This document shows, one piece after another, positions 53,353 to 64,000 of a DNA stretch of 64,000 nt (its first letter is position 1; the number at the start of each line of letters is the position of its first letter). The stretch lies in assembly GCA_964016885.1 (NCBI GenBank), contig OZ024748.1:3844001-3908000 (forward strand), written 5' to 3'. The translations under genes and the position numbers were made by a program. The stretch comes from Eledone cirrhosa (Eukaryota). The notes under the pieces are model-generated. The model was given only the letters and a program-made list of their open reading frames with translations. It was not told the origin of the DNA and searched no databases.

Positions 53353-54705
53353 TGATGAAAGGATACAGAGAAAGAATCGATCCCAGTACTGAACTGGTTA
53401 CTTTTTTTATCGACCTCGAAATGATAAAAGGCAAAGTTGACCTCGGCAGGAATCGAACTCGGAGTCCGTAGAGAGCTGGAAGGATTATATCCGATACCCT
53501 AACCATTCGGCCAGTTGGTCACCTCCGCTGACTTTAATCAGGGGTTAAATATCTGAGGTGGAGTATTTAGTCTTCGATTAAAGTCGTGGAATTTGAAAGA
53601 TTGGTTTATAAAGAGGGATGATACTAGAAATATAACCAAATGTACTCTACATTTTCAGATGTATTGAGTTCTTCTCGAAAATCTGGTCTTCTTGGTCTAA
53701 CGATTAGGTGTAAGTATTATATAGACCCAAACACACACATACACACACAAACACATACATACATAAACATACGTAATTTATCTTCCCCATATTCTCTTTA
53801 TGTATAAACACAAGCACTCTGTATACACACACACACACACACAAACACATATATAAACATTCCAAAATCACTCCCTCTTCATTTCTGTCTATGAACTATC
53901 TCCCCCCTCTCTCTTTCTCTCTAACTACCACTCTCTCTGTCTTTCTCACCACAGCCACTTCAATCTCTCTACTCTCTATATGAAATATCTCTCCACCTTT
54001 CTCTATCTCTAGTCCTCCTCCTCTCTGTATCTCACCCCCCACCACCACTTCTCTCTTCTCTATATATAAACTATCTCTCCACTACTCTCTCTCTTCCTCT
54101 CTAACCCTCCCACCTCTTTCTCACCACCACCACCACCACCACCACTTCAATCTCTCATATTCTCTCTATATAACCTATCTCTCTCTCACCATTCTCTCTC
54201 TCCCCCTCTCTCTGTTCCTCTCTCACCACCACCACCACCACCACTTCAATCTCTCATATTCTCTCTATATAACCTATCTCTCTCACCATTCTCTCTCTCT
54301 CCCACCCCTCTCTCTCTGTCTCTCACCACCACCACCACCACTTCAATCTCTCATATTCTCTCTATATAACCTATCTCTGTCTCACCATTCTCTCTCTCCC
54401 TCTCTCTACCATCCCCTCCCCCTCTCTCTGTTCCTCTCTCACCACCATCACCTCTCCCCTCTACTCCAATCTCGCTGTGTCAAGCCGCTGGTAAAACAAA
54501 TTAATATTTGGATTACCTGTTACACTATGATTGATTAAGCCGCAAGCTTCGATTTGTTGACATGCTTCAATGCAATAAAGGTAGACGCGGTTTCGATTCC
54601 CTCCTGGGTGGGTCATTTATCACTTAGAGTCATAAGCTGTCATAGTAAAAATGTAACTAATAGATATTTAGTCCAGCAGAATTTCTGAAATGGGGAGAGA
54701 TTGTC

Positions 54706-54774
<69 letters not shown>

Positions 54775-54783
54775 ATATGTATG

Positions 54784-54950
<167 letters not shown>

Positions 54951-54981
54951 ATGTGTGTGTGTGTGTGTGTGTATGTATATA

Positions 54982-55076
<95 letters not shown>

Positions 55077-55092
55077 ATATATATATACATAT

Positions 55093-55154
<62 letters not shown>

Positions 55155-55510
55155 ATGTATGTATATATATATATATCTGTCTGTGTGTGTGTTTATAAAA
55201 TATATGTAATATATAATATAGTTATAAATGTATATATATGTATATATATATATATCTATATATACATATATATATATATATTATATACATATATATGTAT
55301 ATATATAATATATATATATATACATATATAATATTGATATGTATATGTATATATATATAAATATATTATATACATATTATATATATATATATGATATGGA
55401 ACCCAGTAGCTCTAAAAACTCCACGGTAAATTGATTAATATCTTTTAAAGACATACATAAACAAACAAACATGAAAAATATACACATGGGTATATATATA
55501 TATGTGTGTT

Positions 55511-55553
<43 letters not shown>

Positions 55554-55703
55554 GTATGTATATGTGCGTGTGTATATATATATATATATAAATATATATA
55601 AATATACATACATAGAATATATGGATATACCTATGTTGTCAATGTATATAGATGTATATACTCTGCGTGTGTGTGTATATATATATATATATATATGTAT
55701 ACG

Positions 55704-55800
<97 letters not shown>

Positions 55801-56882
55801 TGTAGATGTTGGCCCAAACTGTGCAAAAATTGAAACTCTGAAAAAGTTAAAAAGTTTCTTATTCTCCTGTTGTACTCGGAGACCAGTTCCAGTGTATGTC
55901 TTGGGAGGTGGGAGTGTACAGGAGAAAACACCACCACCACTACTACTAACACTACTGCCACCACCACTACCACCATAACCAGTACCACCACCACTACTAA
56001 CACTACTGCTACAACCACCACCACCACCACCACTACTACACCACTACCACCACAACAACAACTACAACACCACAACCAGCCCCCCAGCACCAGCACCACC
56101 ACCACCACCACAACAACAACAGCACCACGACAACAACAACACTACAACAAGCACCACCACCATCACCAGCACCACCACCACCACAACAACAGCACCACAA
56201 CAACCACACCACCACCACCACCACCACCACCACCATCACAACAACAACTACAACACCACAACCAGCCCCCCCCCCCAGCACCACCACCACCACCACCACA
56301 ACAACAACAGCACCACAACAACAACAACACTACAACAAGCACCACCACCATCACCAGCAGCACCACCACCACAACAACAGCACCACAACAACCACACCAC
56401 CACCACCACCACCACCACCACCACAACAACAACAGCACCACAACAACCGCAACACCACCAGCACCACCATCACCACCACCATCACAACAACAACAACAGC
56501 ACCACAACAACCACCACCACCACCACCTCAACAACAGCAACAATAGATTCTGCTGGAAATATAGTTTCTACCTTCTTGTCAAACCGAAACGAAACTTTTC
56601 CCAAAGAACCCCCCTCCCCTCCTTACATATCTACACACACACACATATATATATATACGCACACACACACACACATATATATATATATACGCACACACAC
56701 ATATATATATATATACACACACACATATATATATAAGGACAGTAACGAACAAATAAATTAATATATAAACAAAATACCCTGACCTCCCACCCCGACACCC
56801 GACCTATTCATGGATTTATTTTTGTTTGTTGCTTTGTTATTCTACTTGTTGTTGTTGTTGTTGCCGTATCCCCTGTTGCTGT

Positions 56883-57560
<678 letters not shown>

Positions 57561-57833
57561 ATATATATATATTTATATAATTCCTGCTGTTGTTATTGTT
57601 GTAGTTGTTGTTGTATATCTTGTTATTTATGGCATTCATACAGGAAGAACACATTATTATTGTTGTTATGTTGTTTGTATTGTATATTTGTTTGTTTATA
57701 TTTTCTTCTTTTTATTTGTTTCCACTTTCTTGCATTTTTGGAACTAAGTGATTCTCTGCTGGATAGATTGACATTGCTTAGAGTTTAGAAAACAATGACT
57801 GTATATATATATACATACATATATATATATATG

Positions 57834-57912
<79 letters not shown>

Positions 57913-57983
57913 ATGTATATGTATATATATATATGTATGTATATGTATATATATGTATATATATATATGTGTGTATATATATA

Positions 57984-58082
<99 letters not shown>

Positions 58083-58798
58083 TGTATATACATATATACA
58101 ATAAAATAATGTGTCGATAGTTATTTTCTCTTTTTTATCCCCCCCCCCCCCTCCCATCATATTTTGTTATCTCTCATTTTCTTCTATTTTTTCTCTAGTT
58201 TCTGTTGATTTCGGTTCCCTTGCTGCAGTTTCCTTTTTCTCTCGTCCCCCTCTCTCTCATCCCCCTCTCTCTATCTCTACTTCCTCTCTCTCACCACCCT
58301 GCTTCTCTCATCCCTCTACCCCCCTCTCTCTCAATCTCTCCTCCATCTTTACTTCCTCCCTCTCTCTCACCACCCTGTTTCTCTCATCCCTCTACCCCCT
58401 CTCTCTCAATCCCTCCCTCTCTGTCTCAACCACTCTCTAATTCCCTCTCTCTATATCTCTACTCCCTCCCTCTCTCTCACCACCCTGTCTCCCTCTTCTT
58501 CTACCCCTCTGTCTCTATACCCCCTCCCTCTCTATCTCTACCCCCTCTCTCTCTCGTCCCCTACCCACACTCCCTTAGGAACTCATTTCTCATACACTTA
58601 CTTCCATTGGTGTTCACCCTCTCTCTCACTCTTTCTCACTGTTCGGATGTCTGTGTATATATGTATATATATATATATGTGTGTATGTATGTAAGTGTGT
58701 GTGTCATATATACATACGTTCATACCTACACATAGACACACACTCTCTCTCTCCCAAACACACACGCATATATGTATATATACACATATATTTATACG

Positions 58799-58919
<121 letters not shown>

Positions 58920-59027
58920 TTGAGGGCGACCGGCTAAAGTAGAAACTGATAGATGGTCGGTCGTCCTTGGGTCTATGATTTTCAGCCCCATGGATTTCAT
59001 CTGTTATATTCCTTTGTTATATTTCGA

Positions 59028-59085
59028 ATACCTGATGATATCACCGGATTCATACGGAACCCGGATTTTGAAATGATCATAGTAT
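59028..59085 (+). ncRNA. Minimal type I hammerhead motif
   Basis: ATAC-CTGATGA...CCGGATTC/GAACCCGG...GAAA-TGATCA-TA-GTAT. Confidence 0.6.
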
Positions 59086-59094
59086 AATAAACCT

Positions 59095-59369
59095 TTCAAG
59101 GATTTACACAAGTCAGCACAAAAGTGACACAGAGGAGACTGAGGTTAGCTGGACATGCTCACCGACATCCAGAGTTGATATTGCACTCAGTGCTCTTTTG
59201 GGAGCCCCTACATGGACACACTAGAAGAGGAAGACCAAGGTTAACGTATGTTGATGCCCTAAGGACAGACGCTGGTCTGTTGGAGACGCAGGACATGGCA
59301 GCGATAATGAGGGACAGAGACCGCTGGAGAGAACTCGTCCACGGATCTCGGGAATTTTACCCGCCTTAG
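59095..59369 (+). mobile_element. RTE-clade LINE 3' end
   Basis: TQRRLRLAGHAHRHPE...LFWEPLHGHTRRGRPRLTYVDAL...MRDRDRWRELV-stop, followed by (TA)n. Confidence 0.85.
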
Positions 59370-59437
<68 letters not shown>

Positions 59438-59719
59438 CAAAGTAATTGTGGTAAGGAACCAGATGGACCACATAACGCACCAGAGTACTCAATACTTAGG
59501 GTAGTAGAGTGGGAAATAGGAAAAAGTATGACCCCCAACGGCAGAGTTCAAGCCGTTTCGACGGCTATTTCTGGACTAAATTAGAATTTTTAGCCTGGTG
59601 AATAAATAGCCGAACTTGTCAAGGGGGTACTTCCTTATATGGGAAGATTGTAGTTGACAACTCCTTCCTTATATGGGAAGATTATAGTTGGCAACTACAA
59701 TCTTCCCATATAAGGAAGT

Positions 59720-59816
59720 ACCCCCTTGACAAGTTCGGCTATTTATTCACCAGGCTAAAAATTCTAATTTAGTCCAGAAATAGCCGTCGAAACGGCTTGA
59801 GCTCTGCCGTCGGGGT
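59720..59816 (+). ncRNA. Full-size type I hammerhead motif with U3-A8 core (inverted twin at 59531-59628, minus)
   Basis: CCCC-TTGACAA-G..CGGCTATTT...AAATAGCCG.C-GAAA-CGGC...GCCG-TC-GGGG. Confidence 0.7.
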
Positions 59817-59826
59817 CATACTTTTT

Positions 59827-59888
<62 letters not shown>

Positions 59889-60209
59889 TTTATGCATACA
59901 TACACATATAGATATGTATTGTCCATATATACATGCAAGCGCAAATATATGCACACACACATGCATGCAGGCATACATGCACATACCCAATTTGACCGTC
60001 ACATGGTCTGACCTTGCAGATATTGTTCCCTCAAAAACTATGACCTACACGAGTAGGTATAAAGAAAAGAAATTGAAAATACAGCTGGAGTCTTTTACCG
60101 GTTTCACAGTTCTTATGTATTTCAAAAGTAAAATATATTGAAATATCTTTTATTTTACATGACAGAAGACGAGAGACAATCTTTTAATAAAGTAAATAAA
60201 AAAAAAATG

Positions 60210-60303
60210 TGCCCCAGGTGAGGATCGAACTCACGACCTTCAGATTCCTCCGACTTCAGATTTGATTATGAGACTGACGCGCTACCTACTGCGCTACCGA
60301 GGC
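60210..60303 (-). tRNA. elongator tRNA-Met(CAT) with 21-nt intron, dispersed copy
   Basis: Reverse complement matches the Met copies with one D-loop C>T change; intron ATCAAATCTGAAGTCGGAGGA; T-run follows. Confidence 0.93.
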
Positions 60304-61157
60304 CACTGAATCATTCCCTCTTATTTTATCACAATACTCTTGTCATGTATTCTTTTGACGTTTGTATTGGTGAGTATATCAACCATGATAATTTTTTCTA
60401 CTTTTGGTGCAAGGCCAGAAAGGAGGGGAAAGTCGATTAAATCAACCCCAGTGCATTACTGGTACTTTATTTATCGATCCCGTAAGGATGAAAGGCAAAG
60501 CTGAACCAAGAACGTAAAGGCCCGTAACTCTATACTGCGAAGCATGTTGTCCAACGCTCTACCGATGCTGCCAAAATAATGATATCTAGTATAGGCACAA
60601 GGCCAGCAATTTGGTGGAAGGGGAAAGTCTATCATATCGACCCCAGTACTTAACTGGTACCTCTATGGAAGAGCCCTTTTAATCCAAACCACTGGGTAGC
60701 GTTTTCTGCGACTTTAATCGTTGTTTGCTGTAACATCCTATTGGATAAGGACCGTGTAGTATTACAGTCCTGTATACTATTATAATTGTTTCTACATCTG
60801 GCACAAGGCCAGCAATTACCCAGTGCATTACTGGTACTTTATGTTATCGACCCCGTAAGGATGAAAGGCAAAGTTGACCTCGGCAGGAACAATATAACAT
60901 TATACAATTATATATACATACATATATATATATATATGTATATATATGTACATATTTATATATTTATATATATATTTATATATATGTATGTATATATATG
61001 TGTATATATATGTATATATATGTATATATATATATATATACATATATATGTATATATATACATACATATATATTTATATATGTATATATATGTACATATT
61101 TATATATTTATATATATATTTATATATATGTATGTATATATATATAATTGTATAATG

Positions 61158-61230
<73 letters not shown>

Positions 61231-61783
61231 AAAAATGAAAGCCAATGCGGAAAAACAACAACACAGGGAGCAATACCGTACAATAAAGATATTTATTAAT
61301 TTAAACCTTGATATCGGAAGAAAAGATACAGTTATATTGTTAGAAAATAATCATAAAAATATTAAAGAAGATATTCATAATTAATTAATTCGAATTTTGA
61401 AAGCCACGACAGGTTTGGATGGAGAATAATTAAATCGTAAGAAACAGGGCTTGTTTTTTTTTTACCTTAATTTATTCATAAGTCCTGATATGTCGAGATT
61501 AATATCTCTTCTTCCGTGGAAAATAAAGGAAATATTCCAGTGTCTGAGGTGGCTTGCTGTACCATGTAATGCATAATAATGCTAAACAATTCAAGATTAA
61601 GACAAACACTCAAAAAGTAGATAAAAATTGTTTGATCTATATTTTTGGGGAGTTTTGTCGTTCCGGAAACAAAATTCATTAACGCCGAGAACATATCTCA
61701 TTTAAGGTTGAAATTTCAATCAATTTAAAGTTATTTTCTGCTCACCGTTTCAAGGTCAGATCGCCTGCACCTATATATATATA

Positions 61784-61958
<175 letters not shown>

Positions 61959-62038
61959 GAAAGTATATATATATATATATATATGCATGTGTGTATATAT
62001 ATATAAATACACATAGCATATATATATATGTAAAAAAA

Positions 62039-62070
62039 ATGGCGGCCTCAAGATCAGTTACTTACTTCCG
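62039..62070 (+). CDS. Possible first coding exon of an unidentified gene continuing beyond the window
   Basis: AAAATGGCGGC start context, [10 protein letters not shown](R), CG|GTAAGC donor; no downstream exon identified. Confidence 0.4.
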
Positions 62071-62159
62071 GTAAGCAGAGTTTCTATAGATTAAATATTT
62101 GTGGTTTTATAATTTCACGCTTTATAATCTCAGACATATTGGGTAGGTTCATTAGCTTG

Positions 62160-62284
<125 letters not shown>

Positions 62285-62295
62285 AATAATAATAA

Positions 62296-62329
<34 letters not shown>

Positions 62330-62461
62330 GTATATATAAGTATATATATATGTATATATATGTATATATATATGTATATATATATATGTGTATATATATA
62401 TATATGTACATATGTATATATATATACACATATATATATATATACACATATATATATATAC

Positions 62462-62542
<81 letters not shown>

Positions 62543-63325
62543 GCTTGTTAACTTTTTCGTTCGTATGTAAAGGAACACTATTTTCCCCTTAAATTTATTT
62601 ATCTGTGGAAACATCCGGAGAGATGAAAGAGGGTTAGGGTGAGAGAGAGGGAGAGAGAGAGAGGGAGAGAGAGAGAGAGAGGGAGAGAGAGAAGGGGAGA
62701 GAGAGAAGGGGAGGAGAGAGGATAAGGAAGAGGCAGAGAGATCATGAATGTGTAAATATGTGTGTATGTGTGTGTGAGAGAGTGTTTGCGAGCCTGTGTG
62801 TGAAGGGTTGTGTGTGAGCATTTGAAAGTGTGTCTCTCTGTATGTATATGCGTGGGTGTGTCAGTGTGTGTATGTATGCGTGTGTGCGCATATATGTGAA
62901 TGTGTGAGTGTATATACGTATATATGTATATATGTATATATGTATATATATATGTGTGTATGTATGTGTGGGTGATAAACTTGTTATTAAACTAATCAAA
63001 CCAGTGTAACTGTGTATCTGTGTGTTCTTCGGTGAGTATATGTGTGTGTGAAGGTTCCTCTGTGTGTATGTGTGTGGAAATGTATGTGTAAGTGAGTGTG
63101 CGATTATGTGTGCATGTGTGTGTGATAAACGTGTTATTTAATTCTAATCGAACAAGTGTGCCTATGTCTGTGTGTGTGTGTACTTGCGTATCAGTGTGTG
63201 TGTGTATCTAATAGTGTATCCCTGTCTGTGTCTGTGTGTCTGTGTGTCTGTGTCTGTGTGTGTGTGTGTGTGTCAGTGTGTGTGTGTATCTAATTGTGTA
63301 TCCCTGTCTGTGTCTGTGTGTCTGT

Positions 63326-63357
<32 letters not shown>

Positions 63358-63947
63358 CAGTGTGTGTGTGTGTATCTAATTGTGTATCCTTGTCTGTGTC
63401 TGTGTGTCTGTGTGTCTATGACTGTGTGTCTGTGTGTGTCTGTGTCTGTGTGTGTCTGTGTCTATGTGTGTGTGTCTGTGTGAATGTCTGCCTGTGTCTG
63501 TGTGTCTGTGTATGTGTCTATGGCTGTGTATCTATGTGTGTCTGTGTGTGTGTGTGTCTGTGTATGTGTAACTATGTGTGTCTGTGTGTCTGTGTGTCTG
63601 TGTATGTGTCTATGGCTGTGTATCTATGTGTGTCTGTGTGTGTGTGTGTGTGTGACAGTGTTCATTAAGGAACTGCCGACAAAATATTTCAATGTACCCT
63701 TTGACCCCAATATTATTGACACATCTACCACACCCACCCATCCCCGATACACACCCTTCTCTTCCGTTTAGAAAGACACACATATATACACACACAACAT
63801 ATATATACACACACTTACAACATATATACACACACTTACAACATATATACACACACACTCAAAACACACTCACAACACCCACACAACTCACAAGACCTCA
63901 AATTAATTAAAATATTTTGAAATGTATATATATATATATAAATGCAC

Positions 63948-64000
<53 letters not shown>

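Overview
AT-rich, microsatellite-saturated animal genomic DNA. The SINE repertoire and (TA)n/(CA)n/(TAG)n load suggest an octopod cephalopod (inference, not verified). Two convergent spliced housekeeping genes were reconstructed by hand: the last three coding exons of PPCS (+, 1-2488) and a complete 9-exon HIBADH (-, 27135-11846, 332 aa, including a 17-nt microexon). A tRNA cluster (31.2-41.2 kb plus one outlier at 60.2 kb) holds five intronless tRNA-Arg(TCT) and five elongator tRNA-Met(CAT) genes. Every Met gene carries a 21-nt intron at the canonical 37/38 position, which is unusual for an animal as far as I know. Each isotype has its own fixed-position upstream element. The rest is transposon debris: CORE-type and other tRNA-derived SINEs, RTE, Tx1-like, Gypsy and Penelope-like fragments, hAT and piggyBac-like MITEs, and minisatellites. 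About seven distinct hammerhead-ribozyme motifs are present, several as fold-back pairs inside (TA)n tracts and one with a U3-A8 covariant core. Nearly all long ORFs in the supplied track are microsatellite artefacts.
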